Assembly (NCBI RefSeq): GCF_964204645.1
Contig: NC_134027.1
Location: 14,478,485 to 14,542,484, forward strand
Direction of reading: 5' to 3'
Length of the DNA stretch: 64,000 nt
Source of the DNA: Tubulanus polymorphus
Taxonomy: Eukaryota; Animalia; Nemertea
Shown piece after piece: positions 24,886 to 39,378 of this stretch. The first letter of the stretch is position 1; the number at the start of each line of letters is the position of its first letter. A model generated the notes under the pieces. That model did not search any database, was not told the origin of the DNA, and saw only the letters and a list, made by a program, of their open reading frames with translations. The position numbers were made by a program, and so were the translations under genes.

Positions 24886-26310
24886 GAAACACGCGAATCT
24901 CAATAGGGTTTTCTGTGATGTAACAGAAAACCCTAATAACCGGAATAACAAGAAATCAAAAATATTAAAGAGGTAACAAACAAATGCCCGTAAACCTGTC
25001 AGACACGCGAACGCCGGACTCGTAAACTCTTGGACTCGGACCCGCTGAGCAATAAATTCATAAAATTGACTTTGAAATTGATTGTGGAGAAGAGAGGGAA
25101 TTATTCGATAGCTCTTCCTCGAAAAGAAGAGAGAAATATCGGAAAGAAAACACAACATGGCTTCTAATTGAACGGAGCCAAATTTCCGATGTTTACGGCT
25201 CGACAGTGCCTTTATAACGTGGATTTATCAAAATTCCCATGCAGTATCTGGAGATTGAAGTGAGCTGAAGGATATCATACGGATTGTATCGGCGACAGCG
25301 GTAAGGTAAGGAAGCCTTTACACTTTTAACAAAAACTATGTGGAAAAGGAAAAAAAAATATAAATATAGCTGCAAAGCAGCGATAACGGGTTTTCTGAGC
25401 AGGCGTGCTATTCATAGTTTGAAAAGTGGATAATAGAAATATATCAATACGGGATACGCATTTGACGTGTCAAGTCACAACAATGCGGTTTAACATAACA
25501 TAATTTATAGTTATAGTCAAATTGGAGGTTACTCGGGTCGTTTATTGTCTGCGGAGTCGAGTAGATTGGTTACCCGTCTGTAACATTGGTTACGGAAACG
25601 ACTCGTCAGCTTGATGAGTTGTATGTATTATGATTGTGCGCCACCTGCATCTTCCGAAATAATGTTCAATTATTTGAAGGGAGGATTGAAATCAATTATC
25701 AACGTACATCTGAATATGTAATAGTCCTTAGTAACTTTCTGTTGCAGAGGGCATAGAAAAGATTTTGAAATTATTTAATTAGGGTTTTCTGTTATTTCAC
25801 AGAAAACCCTATTGATATCCGCGTGATTATTATTATTATTATTTTCTTCCACACTATTTTTACCAAAAGAACATAGGCTTTGTTACCTTACCGCTGTTTC
25901 ATATACAATCCATATAATATATCGTTCACCTCACTGAGATCTACAAATAGCCCGCGTGTTTTTTCACGAATTATCGTTACAAAAGGGCTGTCGGGCCGTA
26001 AACATCGAAAATTTAGCCCCATTCAATGGGGCGACATGTTTTTCGAGTCGTCATCCCGAAATCAACCCGCAGGCCGACTGTCACTCCGATTATCAATTCA
26101 AGTATAAATGAACTAATTTATTGCCGCAGACTTCACATTCAGTAAACTAAACACGCCGAAGAGATATAGCGGAGAAAAGCTGTTATGTCGACGAGGTATC
26201 AAAATAAAAGAATATATTACTTTATTCGGCCGCGGGCTTCAACCTCTATATCAATACCATCAATACTCTATATTTCCTACAGTACATACCGATCATTGTC
26301 AAATGCACAA

Positions 26311-29300
26311 GGTATTTACTAAATACAAGTATATAACACATAATCCTTTCCGTATGCTGGACTCACACTTGACATTCGGAGTAAGCGTTCGCTGTAGGGG
26401 AAAGGGATCGTTCGCTGTGTCGCTTGAAGTGTTTATCGAGTTTGACGCGGCTTTAGGCCTACCGGTACTGAGCTTTACTGTATCAAACAAACACAGTACA
26501 ATTGTTGCGTTTATTAACGGACTCATTGGATTGAACTTCAAAACAAAATGTACGATATTTAGGTGGGTTGTTAAATTCAATAGGCATACGACCAATCTGT
26601 CCGGATGTTAGGCCTACACATATACAAAGGCCTACATAGGCTAGTAGCCTCTACTAGGTTAAGCGTTCGCTGTGGGGGAAAGGAGATCGTTCGCTGTGTC
26701 GCTTGAAGTGTTTATCGAGTTTTACGCGACCTTAAGGCTTTAGTATGGTGGCTGATAAGGGCCATGCGTAAAAAAAACACGTATATGCAAATGAGGGCGA
26801 CATTATGACAAAACGACAAAACTAAAATAACGCGACAAAACAATAATTTTGGTTTTATCGCCCGCGACAATTCATTATTTTGGTTTTATAGCCCGCGATA
26901 ATTCATTATTTTGGTTTTATCGCCCGCAACAATTCATTATTTTGGATTTATCGCCCGCGACAATTCATTATTTTGGTTTTATCGCCCGCGACAATTCATT
27001 ATTTTGGTTTTATCGCCCGCCACAATTCATTAGTTTGGTTTTGTCACCCGCGACAATTCATTATTTTGGTTTTATCGCCCGCAACAATTCATTAGTTTGG
27101 TTTTGTCACCCGCGACAATTCAAGATTTTGGTTTTTCTGCCGCAACAATTCATTTTTTGGATTTGTCGCCCACGACAATACGATATTTTGGTTTTATCGC
27201 CAGCGACAATTCATTATTTTGGTTTTATCGCCCGCGACAATTCATTATTTTGGTTTTATCGCCCGCGACAATTCATTAATTTGGTTTTGTCACCCGCGAC
27301 AAAACAATAATTTTGGTTTTGTCGCCCGCGACAATTCATTATTTTGGTTTTATCGCCCGCGACAATTCATTATTTTGGTTTTATCGCCCGCGACAATTCA
27401 TAAGTTTGGTTTTGTCACCCGCGACAAATCAATATTTTGGTTTTGTCGCCCATGACAATTCAATATTTTGGTTTTTATCGCCCGCGACAATTCATTATTT
27501 TGGTTTTATCGCCCGCGACAATTCATTATTTTGGTTTTATCGCCCGCGACAATTTTTTTTTTGTCGCGGCTTTATCGCCCGCGACAATTCACTATTTTGG
27601 TTTTATCGCCCGCAAAAATTCATTAGTTTGGTTTTGTCGCCCGCGACAATTCAAGATTTTGGTTTTTCTGCCGCGACAATTCATTATTTTGGTTTTGTCG
27701 CCTGGACAATTCACCATTTTGGTTTTGTCGCCCGCGGCAATTCATTATTTTGGTTTTTCTGCCGCGACAATTCATTATTTTGGTTTTGTCGCCTGGACAA
27801 TTCACCATTTTGGTTTTGTCGCCAGCGACAATTCATTATTTTGGTTTTGTTGCCCCAACAATTCTTTTTTTGGTTTTGTCGCCCACGACAATTCATTAGT
27901 TTGGTTTTGTCGCCCGCGACAATCAATATTTTGGTTTTATCGCCCACGACAATTCATTACTTTGGTTTTACTTTGGTATTTACTAAATACAAGTATATAA
28001 CACATAATCCTTTCCGTATGCTGGACTCACACTTGACATTCGGAGTAAGCGTTCGCTGTAGGGGAAAGGGATCGTTCGCTGTGTCGCTTGAAGTGTTTAT
28101 CGAGTTTGACGCGGCTTTAGGCCTACCGGTACTGAGCTTTACTGTATCAAACAAACACAGTACAATTGTTGCGTTTATTAACGGACTCATTGGATTGAAC
28201 TTCAAAACAAAATGTACGATATTTAGGTGGGTTGTTAAATTCAATAGGCATACGACCAATCTGTCCGGATGTTAGGCCTACACATATACAAAGGCCTACA
28301 TAGGCTAGTAGCCTCTACTAGGTTAAGCGTTCGCTGTGGGGGAAAGGAGATCGTTCGCTGTGTCGCTTGAAGTGTTTATCGAGTTTTACGCGACCTTAAG
28401 GCTTTAGTATGGTGGCTGATAAGGGCCATGCGTAAAAAAAACACGTATATGCAAATGAGGGCGACATTATGACAAAACGACAAAACTAAAATAACGCGAC
28501 AAAACAATAATTTTGGTTTTATCGCCCGCGACAATTCATTATTTTGGTTTTATAGCCCGCGATAATTCATTATTTTGGTTTTATCGCCCGCAACAATTCA
28601 TTATTTTGGATTTATCGCCCGCGACAATTCATTATTTTGGTTTTATCGCCCGCGACAATTCATTATTTTGGTTTTATCGCCCGCCACAATTCATTAGTTT
28701 GGTTTTGTCACCCGCGACAATTCATTATTTTGGTTTTATCGCCCGCAACAATTCATTAGTTTGGTTTTGTCACCCGCGACAATTCAAGATTTTGGTTTTT
28801 CTGCCGCAACAATTCATTTTTTGGATTTGTCGCCCACGACAATACGATATTTTGGTTTTATCGCCAGCGACAATTCATTATTTTGGTTTTATCGCCCGCG
28901 ACAATTCATTATTTTGGTTTTATCGCCCGCGACAATTCATTAATTTGGTTTTGTCACCCGCGACAAAACAATAATTTTGGTTTTGTCGCCCGCGACAATT
29001 CATTATTTTGGTTTTATCGCCCGCGACAATTCATTATTTTGGTTTTATCGCCCGCGACAATTCATAAGTTTGGTTTTGTCACCCGCGACAAATCAATATT
29101 TTGGTTTTGTCGCCCATGACAATTCAATATTTTGGTTTTTATCGCCCGCGACAATTCATTATTTTGGTTTTATCGCCCGCGACAATTCATTATTTTGGTT
29201 TTATCGCCCGCGACAATTTTTTTTTTGTCGCGGCTTTATCGCCCGCGACAATTCACTATTTTGGTTTTATCGCCCGCAAAAATTCATTAGTTTGGTTTTG

Positions 29301-29634
29301 TCGCCCGCGACAATTCAAGATTTTGGTTTTTCTGCCGCGACAATTCATTATTTTGGTTTTGTCGCCTGGACAATTCACCATTTTGGTTTTGTCGCCCGCG
29401 GCAATTCATTATTTTGGTTTTTCTGCCGCGACAATTCATTATTTTGGTTTTGTCGCCTGGACAATTCACCATTTTGGTTTTGTCGCCAGCGACAATTCAT
29501 TATTTTGGTTTTGTTGCCCCAACAATTCTTTTTTTGGTTTTGTCGCCCACGACAATTCATTAGTTTGGTTTTGTCGCCCGCGACAATCAATATTTTGGTT
29601 TTATCGCCCACGACAATTCATTACTTTGGTTTTA
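26311..29634. repeat. 1664-bp near-identical tandem duplication
   Basis: 26311-27970 matches 27975-29634; identical ORF translations are offset by 1664. Confidence 0.92.
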
Positions 29635-30765
29635 TCTCCAGCGACAATTCATTATTTTGGTTTTGTCGCCCACGACAATTCATTAGTTTGGTTTTGTCGC
29701 CCGAGACAATTCATTATTTTGGTTTAATCGCCCGCGACAATTCATTATTTTGGTTTTATCGCCCGCAACAATTCATTAGTTTGGTTTTGTCACCCGCGAC
29801 AATTCAAGATTTTGGTTTTTCTGCCGCGACAATTCAATATTTTGGTTTTGTCGCCCGCGACAATCAATATTTTGGTTTTATCGCCCACGACAATTCATTA
29901 CTTTGGTTTTATCTCCAGCGACAATTCATTATTTTGGTTTTGTCGCCCACGACAATTCATTAGTTTGGTTTTGTCGCCCGAGACAATTCATTATTTTGGT
30001 TTTATCGCCCGCGACAATTCATTATTTTGGTTTTATCGCCCGCAACAATTCATTAGTTTGGTTTTGTCACCCGCGACAATTCAAGATTTTGGTTTTTCTG
30101 CCGCGACAATTCATTTTTCGGATTTGTCGCCCACGACAATAAAATATTTTCGTTTTATCGCCAGCGACAATTCATTATTTTGGTTTTATCGCCCGCGGCA
30201 ATTCATTATTTTGATTTTATCGCCCGCGACAATTCATTAATTTGGTTTTGTCACCCGCGACAAAACAATAATTTTGGTTTTGTCGCCCGCGACAATTCAT
30301 TATTTTGGTTTTATCGCCCGCGACAATTCATTATTTTGGTTTTATCGCCCGCGACAATTCATAAGTTTGGTTTTGTCACCCGCGACAAATCAATATTTTG
30401 GTTTTGTCGCCCATGACAATTCAATATTTTGGTTTTTATCGCCCACGACAATTCATTATTTTGGTTTTGTCGCCCGAGACAATTCATTATTTTGGTTTTA
30501 TCGCCCGCGACAATACATTATTTTGGTTTTGTCGCCCGCGACAATTCATTATTTTGGTTTTATCGCCCATGACAATTCATTATTTTGGTTTTATCGCCCG
30601 CGACAATTCAATATTTTGGTTTTATCGCCCGCGACAATTCATTAGTTTGGTTTTATCGCCCGCGACAATTCATTAGTTTGGTTTTGTCGCCCGCGACAAT
30701 TCAATATTTTGGTTTTATCACCCGCGACAATTCATTAGTTTGGTATTGTCGCCCGTGACAATTCT
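26846..30765 (+). repeat. 31-bp minisatellite arrays (26846-27970 and 28510-30765)
   Basis: Unit TTTTGGTTTTATCGCCCGCGACAATTCATTA; further arrays at about 32180-32722 and 34990-35284. Confidence 0.95.
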
Positions 30766-33700
30766 TTTTCAGTCCATTTGGGACTTTAGTCCCAGCGGGC
30801 TATTGTGTTCACTTTTCGTCCCTCCGTCCGTCCATAGACGGAATCCAGTTATTTTGGGAAGTTTTGAAATAGCTTCAAGGTAATGTCTTGATATTTGGTT
30901 TATACATGTATCTACCCTAGACACATCGTCAGCCCAAAAACTGGCCCTGTCAGATTCAAGATGGCCGACTGGCAGCCATTGTTGTTTGCCAAAATCAGCA
31001 CTTTTTAAACATTTTCGAAGTTTTCGTGGGAAATTTTGAAGACGCTTCGATCAATTACCTTGATCTTTCGTTTATATTTGAATCTACCAAAGGCCCATCA
31101 GCATAATAAAATTGGGTCGAACTGACTCAAGATGGCCGTCCTATGACCTTTTTAGTGCCCAAAAATGTCAATTTTGGCCAGAATTCTAGGTCCTGTAGCT
31201 TCCTACTGGTTTGCCATTTCTCATTGCAATTGCTGATGGGTATTCCTTAGAGAGGGATGTTTTATACCTGGGACAGGTATTTTTGATCAGCCAATTATGA
31301 CGCAATTGGCGGCCATCTTGGTGTCATCAGTACTCATTCGTAGGTGGGAAAAAGTTTTTCCACATTTAATCGATACCTAAGCATATTGTGTTACTATATT
31401 CAATTGGAAAGTTGTAGCCCATAACGTGTTCTATGATTTTGGTGAGTTTCAAGGTCATTGGTTTTAGTATGTGGCCATCAGGGGGCGTTGAATAATACAA
31501 TAACTTAGTATTGCTATATTATATTTGTACCAAGGCATATTTTGTTACCATGATCAATTGCAAAGTTGTAGTTCATGACATCGTCTATGATTGTGGTGAG
31601 GTTTTAAGTACATTAGTTATTCCATATAGTCACCAGGGGGCGTTGAATAGTAGAATGGCTTAGTATTTCCTTATTAGATTGGTGCCTAGGCATATTTTGT
31701 TACCATGATCCATTGCAAAGTTTTAGATCATGACATCGTCTATGATTGTGGTGAGTTTTTAAGGACATTAGTTACTCCATATAGTCACCAGGGGGCGTTG
31801 AATAGTAGAATGGCTTAGTATTTCCTTATTAGATTGGTACCTAGGCATATTTTGTTACTATGATCAATTGCAAAGTTGTATTTCATGACATGTACTACGA
31901 TTGTGGTGAGTTTTAAGGTCATTGGGTTTTGCATATGGTCACCAGGGGCGTTGAATAGTAGAATAACTTAGTATTTCCATATTAAATTGGTAACGAGGCA
32001 TATTTTGTTATCACAATCAATTACAAAATCATAGCTGCTCACATGTTCTATGATTGTGGTGGGTTCCAAGGTCATTGGTTTTTGTATATGGTCACTAGAG
32101 GGCGTTATGTATTGAAATTGTTAGATTGTTGAGCATTTGAAACCACTTCCCAAGTGAGCATGGTGTCCCTGGACCCCTAGTTTGGTTTTGTCCCCCGCGA
32201 CAATTCATTATTCCTGGTTTTGTCGCACGTAACAATTCAATATTTTGTTTTTGTCGTCCGCGACAATTCATTATTTTGGTTTTATCGCCACGACAATTCA
32301 ATATTTTGGTTTTAACGCCCGCGACAATTCATTATTGTGGTTTTATCGCCCGCGACAATTCATTATTTTGGTTTTATCGCCCGCGACAATTCATTATTTT
32401 TGTTTTGTCGCCCGTGACAATTCAATATTTTGGTTTTGTCACCCGCGACAATTCATAATTTTGGTTTTATCGCCCGCGATAATTCATTATTTTGGTTTTA
32501 TCGCCCGCGACAATTCATTATTTTTGTTTTGTCGCCCGTGATAATTCAATATTTTGGTTTTGTCACCCGCGACAATTCATAATTTTGGTTTTATCGCCCG
32601 CGATAATTCATTATTTTGGTTTTATCGCCCGCGACAATTCATTATTTTTGTTTTGTCGCCCGTGACAATTCAATATTTTGGTTTTGTCACCCGCGACAAT
32701 TCATAATTTTGGTTTTGTCCCCGTGGTTTTGTCGGAATATTAAGTTTTTTGGTCGAACAGTGTGTTAAGGTCGTTTTGGAAATTTACTCGGTCTGGTATA
32801 TTTTGGATACAATCCGTCTGATATCATTCAGCTCACTTCGATCTACAAATAACCCGTGCGTATTTTGAAGAATCATCGTTACAAAAGCACTGTCGGGCCA
32901 TAAACATCGAAAATTGAGCCCCATTCAAAGAGCCGACATGTTTTTCTAAGTCCTCTTTCCGAAATCTACCGCACGTTTCTTGTCACATCAATTATCAATT
33001 CAAGCATAAATTAACAAATTTATTACCCAAAGATTGCACATTCTGTCGCGGTTTTTAAAAACTAATTTTAACAATAGCCCATTTTCTTCATAAAATCATA
33101 TTACCGATATACAGGAAATTTACTACTTTAGATTTTAAAAGCACTGTCGAGCTGTAAACATCGACGAATCGACGTGTGTCACTACATCGTCGTTCTGGGG
33201 ATCAGCTGCGAGTTTCACCTCATCATGAGAATCAAATCGAGTACAAATTAATTTATTACTACCAGTGATTTGGCTGCGGGCGTCATGCAGTTAGTTTAGC
33301 AATACCTATTTTTCTTTATCAAATTAACCGTGTATTTACTAAGATAAATCATAAGTGTACCGGGGAGTCGTAGGTCTAAACGAAACACGCCGAAGAGATA
33401 TAGCGGAGAAAAGCTGTTATGTCGACGAGGTATCAAAATAAAATAATACATTACTTTATTCGGCCGCGGGCTTCAACCTCTATATCAATACCATCAATTC
33501 TCTATATTTCCTACAGTACATACCGATCATTGTCAAATGCACAAGGTATTTACTAAATACAAGTATATAACACACTCCTTTCCGTATGCTGGAGTCACAC
33601 TTCAAATTTGAGTAAGCGTTCGCTGTGGGGGAAAGGAGATCGTTCGCTTTGTCGCTTGAAGTGTTTATCGAGTTTTACGTGGCTTTAGGCCTACCGGTAT

Positions 33701-36700
33701 TGAGCTTAACTGTCTCAAACAAACACAGTATAATTGTTGCGTTTATTAACGGACTCATTGGATTGAACTTCAAAACAAAATTTTCGACATTTAGGAGGGT
33801 TGTTATTCAATAGGCCCACGACCAATCTGTCCGGATGTTAGGCCTACGCATATACATAGGCCTACATAGGCTAGTAGCCTCTACTAGGTTAAAGCTAAGT
33901 TCACTGTAAAGGAGGAATCAGATTTATTAAAGTGCATGTTAATTAGTGATTTACTGGTTCTGACTTGTAACGATCAATCACAATTATCAATTTTATTGAC
34001 AAAAATGAAGATTTTTTTGAAAATTTCGTCCGAGCAGACAGCTTTATAAGCCAGACTTTTCATCATCAATGAAACTGGTATTTCTTTAATTCCTATGACT
34101 TAAGCCGGGGGTGGGTCGGGGTGGGTCGGGGTGGGTCGGCCTTGCGATGGCTTGTGACTCACTGCGAGGCCATTCACTGCGACCGCCAGCGACGATTGTG
34201 TCGCAACGACTCATCGACCCACGCTCCCTTGCGACAGGTTGTGACTGTCAGCAACGCCAGTGACAAGGAGTCACACGTGTTCTACTTTCTGCAACGCGAC
34301 ACGACTGTCACAACCGACCTACGTGCTCTTGCGACTGGCAGAAACTAGTCGCACACAGTCGCTGACAATCATAGTTGTAGTTCATGACATCGTCTATGAT
34401 TGTGGTGAGTTTTTAAGGACATTAGTTATTCAATATAGTCACCAGGGGGCGTTGAATAGTAGAAAAGCTTAGTTTTTCCTTATTAGATTGGTACCTAGGC
34501 ATAGTTTGTTACCATGATCCATTGCAAAGTTGTAGATCATGACATCGTCTATGATTGTGGTGAGTTTTTAAGGACATTAGTTATTCCATATAGTCACCAG
34601 GGGGCGCTGAATAGTTGAATAACTTAGTATTTCCTTATTAGATTGGTACCTAGGCATATTTTGTTACTATGATCAATTGCAAAGTTGTATTTCATGACAT
34701 GTACTACGATTGTGGTGAGTTTTAAGGTCATTGGGTTTTGCATATGGTCACCAGGGGCGTTGAATAGTAGAATAACTTAGTATTTCCATATTAAATTGGT
34801 AACGAGGCATATTTTGTTATCACAATCAATTACAAAATCATAGCTGCTCACATGTTCTATGATTGTGGTGGGTTTCAAGGTCATTGGTTTTTGTATATGG
34901 TCACTAGAGGGCGTTATGTATTGAAATTGTTAGATTGTTGAGCATTTGAAACCACTTCCCAAGTGAGCATGGTGTCCCTGGACCCCTAGTTTGGTTTTGT
35001 CTCCCGCGACAATTCATTATTCCTGGTTTTGTCGCACGCAACAATTCAATATTTTGTTTTTGTCGTCCGCGACAATTCATTATTTTGGTTTTATCGCCGC
35101 GACAATTCAATATTTTGGTTTTAACGCCCGCGACAATTCATTATTGTGGTTTTATCGCCCGCGACAATTCATTATTTTGGTTTTATCGCCCGCGACAATT
35201 CATTATTTTTGTTTTGTCGCCCGTGACAATTCAATATTATGGTTTTGTCACCCGCGACAATTCATAATTTTGGTTTTGTCCCCGTGGTTTTGTCGGAACA
35301 TTAAGTTTTTTGGTCGAACAGTGTGTTAAGGTCGTTTTGGAAATTTACTCGGTCTGGTATATTTTGGATTACTGTGTATGTCATTTGTCAGGACATTAAA
35401 CAGAAGACGACTTAGGATACTACCTTGCGTGACTCCACTAGTTAGACCGTCTCATTCCAAGAGGAGGCGTTCCGTTGATTTCGGTTACAAGTTTCCGTTC
35501 AGAGATAACTGCTGAGCCATTTAAACGACCTATCATTGATACTGTTTCCTAATAGCCTCTTTAGTAATGGCCGATGTTGAGCCTTATCAAATGCTTTGTT
35601 GAAATCCACCGTTGAACAGGATTCTAAGACTGTGCAGAAAACCCGTTATCGCTGCTTTGCAGCTATATTTAAAATATAAATTTTATTTACGAAAAATAAA
35701 CTATTATGGTCATTACAAATTGAAAATTCATAGTGTATTTTTAAGAACAAGCTTACATAGTTTACAGAATACATCACGTACATTTGAATTTTATAGGTGA
35801 TGGGTAAAAATCAACGTGTGACAGAAAAAAATGTAGTTAATTATGTAACAATATCGAAATATGTGCTCTCTTTTAGTTTTCCTCAACAAAGCCGCTTTTA
35901 GTTTGATGCAAAATGAAATTTGCTTTTAAAATGTGTAACTAGGCCTAATCAAAAGGATATTTCAAAAGCAAACTTTGCCGGGCCAAGAGCCACATTGAAT
36001 TCAATTTTTTCCGAACCATTATGCCTTTTTCATCATAACATTATTTATCCTATTTCAAGATCTTAGGCGTACAAGTAGAGAGAGGGCCTACGTTGGGTTC
36101 AAATCGGAATTTTAAGATTTATTTCATTTAATTCCAGGTTTTCACTGTAGATTATCAAAGACATGTGGCGTTGTGGGAGTTCATAGTTGTTTGATAATCC
36201 ATCATTTGTAAGTGCAAGGCTATTTGAGGGATTCGAAACCGACATTTTGTAAATTTTGTGGCTTTATTACGTTTAATTCCAGATGTTTATCATGACACGT
36301 TTCATTTTGGGGGTTTGTCAGCGAGTTGGTATGCTGTCAGCAGAATTAGTTTGATAATTCGTTTCATGTAAGTAAACAGCTATTTGAAGGATTCGAAACC
36401 GAAATCTGTATTGTGAATTTTTTAGTTGTATTTTGTTTGATTCTAGGTGAATAGGACATGATTCATTTTGGGAGTTTGTCCGCGAGTTTGTATACTGTCA
36501 AATGAAGTTTCTTCGTCAATTTGTCGTATGTAAGTATCAATCTATAGGTTATATAGGCCCTATTAGGAGTTCGATACAGAAATTTGGTGAATTCCTCAGA
36601 TTTATTTTAATTTATTCCAGGTTGCTTTCAGAAAAATATGTACTTTATTTCATAGGTTGGTCTTTGATTGAAAACTAAAAATGGATGATAGTTCTAAATT

Positions 36701-38949
36701 TGATGTTGATTCACATGACCAATCTAGTAAGTATGGCTCACTCGTCCTTTAGAATAAGAGACCTATTGTATTAATCCTTCAATTCAAGTTGCTATACAAC
36801 CTTTTATACAGATATTTACCTTATCAATATAAACATGTATTTGCCATTAGCCATACAATTCAGTAAAACTTTTCCCGTCCAGATTTTGAAACATTATTTG
36901 ACTCAATTTTTCCTCCTAGAAAATTGCTTTAGCTCATTCCAATGTTCGCAGTAAAAGTGAATGTAGCATGTATGATTCCCATCCATCAATTTTGTCTTGT
37001 TTCGTATTTTTAGCGAAAATCTCGAAAAAGTCTGACGTCGAGGCAGGTGGTGGCCAGACTAAGACATATTCTTGGGAAATATTTAAAGACGCATGGCAAA
37101 CACACTTATTGTTCAATTTTTTCCTATCCTTATTTTGAAATTGAAGTATTGTAATAAACTATTGATTTATTTTTGTTGATCAACGCAACTAGTTTTGTTG
37201 TTTTCTTTCTTAATTTACATTTGAATTGGATGGTCATCTTGCGTAGGAGTCAGTTTGTCATCGAAGCAATACAGTCTAACTTGTTGACGTCTCAGATGCA
37301 GCGGGGCAGGGCGGTCATTATATTGTGGACTTATCCAAATTACACTTACACAGCCCAACGTGTTTCAGTGTGTAAACTCCGTCATACTCGGCATTATAAG
37401 ACAGTGAGGAATTGAGTTTTAGTTACCTGAGCCCTCGGCTTGATTCGACCAAAAAGACCTTAAATCTGACTTCACAGAATTTGATTATGAGTCAAGGATT
37501 TTCTAAATTTCTGAATGCTTTCTCTGGTTTTAAGATCAATTCAAATTCAAACTTCAAAATATTTTATTGAAAGAAATTCTACTGAAGACAGATTTTGAAA
37601 TGAAGGATATATCCAGGCAAATAATTATAGCAAAATCAACTGATGATCATCAAGGTGAAGTTTTCATTGATCTTCGGCTAATTTGTCTACCCCTGATGAT
37701 TGAAGCATTTTGGTTACTCGTGCCAATTAGTCAGCCACAGTCGATTTTCATGCCATCTGACCTCTTTCCATCTGTAATTAAGCAATCAAATGTAAGAATT
37801 ACTTGGGTAAGGAGCGAAATAATATATAGATATCTTAGGAGACTATTTGAAATCATGAGTTTGTTGTGAAAATCTATTACTACTCTTAGTCTCGTAGAGC
37901 ATAGACACCAAGCCACGTGGCATTGGTATTTTAAGGGCTATTCAGTTTACTCCAAAACAAGTCAATGATTAACATTAAAAAAGCTTCATATCGATGGTAT
38001 GTTGCAGGACTCGTGACGCCCATGAATTATCATCCCATAATTACAATGAATCCAATTCTGCATGTACGTTAGCACGACTGATTACTAATCCAAATATTGC
38101 ATTACAAAAAAAAAAATACGCAAAACGTCAAGCACTTACAGCATCTGAGACAGTTGCGCTTAAGTTAGCCTGTTAAGTTACGTCTTTGGCTGTCATTGTC
38201 GAAAAAGCCTAATTTCAAACATACATTTGCGCACTGTGGTTTAATATTCCTGCAAGAATCCGCAAAGGAATTGAAGACCGTAGTGCCCAGTTCATTCCAC
38301 GAATAATAGCTGGAAAGAAAGTAATCAAAATAAATTGTCATGCACATTCAGTGTAAACCAGGCCATAACTAGCTGCTATTAAGGCATTCCACTGACTGGC
38401 TCTGCCCATTATATTTAGGGCCTAAATCTATTCTAGGCGCATCCCCCAAAAAAGCTAGGCATTAAGTAAGTAGCCAACAATGATCATTGCTTCACCGAGT
38501 AGGCCTACTCATTTGCTAGCATTACTCATATTATTAAAGAAATCATTTAATACATTCCCTGGTTAACGGATTCTCACCTTAAAATACATCATAGAACTAT
38601 AACGGAATATCCGTTATAGTTCTATGAATACATAAACTCCGCTGTCGTTGTCATCGATACGAGTCGTCAACTGAACGCGGAAGTAAAATTCCGTGTGGAA
38701 ATTCCTACAATTTCTGTCCATATCACGTTGATTTGACCCCGAAATCTTCAGGAAATGTAGCCAACGTAAATTGATTTACGAATAGAATTAATCAATTGAC
38801 TCATTTTAGAAATCATGATTTCGTGAAATTCATTAATGTCCTAAAACTCGCGATAAATTTAAGCGGAAAATGATTTCAACCATCAACCATGTTGTTTCAT
38901 TAATAAAACAATTGTTGCGCCGGCGCTGTACTGTGATAACGCATGGTTT

Positions 38950-39016
38950 CACTAGGATTCGAACCCTCGACCTCTCAGTTGGGAGTCAAACACCTTATCC
39001 ACCATGCCACAGGACA
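38950..39016 (-). mobile_element. tRNA-derived SINE head or tRNA pseudogene
   Basis: Minus strand has A box TGGCATGGTGG and B box GGTTCGAATCC; acceptor and anticodon stems pair poorly. Confidence 0.6.
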
Positions 39017-39378
39017 GGATGCTGTTTTTATCGTTAGCTGGAGTACCGGACAGGGCGAGTCGCGATTGCTACTATCATCCGGTGTTATCTTTCAGTAAGT
39101 AATTTTAAGTTTAAAATAGGACTGAGAGTGCATAGGTATAATCTACGCGGAGCGAATGCGTGTTATATTACTATCAGAATTCTACATTTCAATTAGAAGC
39201 AATTAGTTGTCGAATCTGATAGAACATGAATTTTATGTGCGAAAAAAAGTGGAAAATATGTAAATAAAAATAATAACAATCAACAGAATTACAAAAGGGT
39301 TTTCGACGAAAGTCAGAAAACCCTAATAATCACGCGAATTTCAATAGGGTTTTCTGTGAAGAAACAGAAAACCCTAAA

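Larger units (their letters stand above)
20396..24940 (+). mobile_element. Non-autonomous satellite-carrying element, copy A (possibly Helentron/HINE-like)
   Basis: Starts ATAGCTGCAAAGCAGCGATAACGGG, contains 31-bp and ~153-bp arrays, and ends in (AAT)n plus the stem-loop TAGGGTTTTCTG-N8-CAGAAAACCCTA at 24904-24935. The family assignment is inference. Confidence 0.65.
25780..35670 (-). mobile_element. Same element family, copy B, inverted and internally rearranged or duplicated
   Basis: Reverse complement of the ATAGCTGCAAAGCAGCG start at about 35641-35668 and the terminal stem-loop at 25780-25811; internal blocks match 20396-24800. Confidence 0.65.

Noticed and set aside
22478-30765. CRISPR-like array (31-bp partly palindromic repeats)
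   Set aside because: The repeats are head-to-tail with no unique spacers, there are no cas genes, and the context is eukaryotic.
20798-35329. Many long ORFs with VLSPATIHYFGFIARDNSLFWF repeats
   Set aside because: They are translations of the 31-bp minisatellite, which happens to lack stops on one strand; all three frames give the same peptide cycle.
38950-39016. Functional tRNA-Gly(CCC) gene
   Set aside because: A and B boxes are present but the acceptor and anticodon stems do not pair properly; it is more likely a SINE head.
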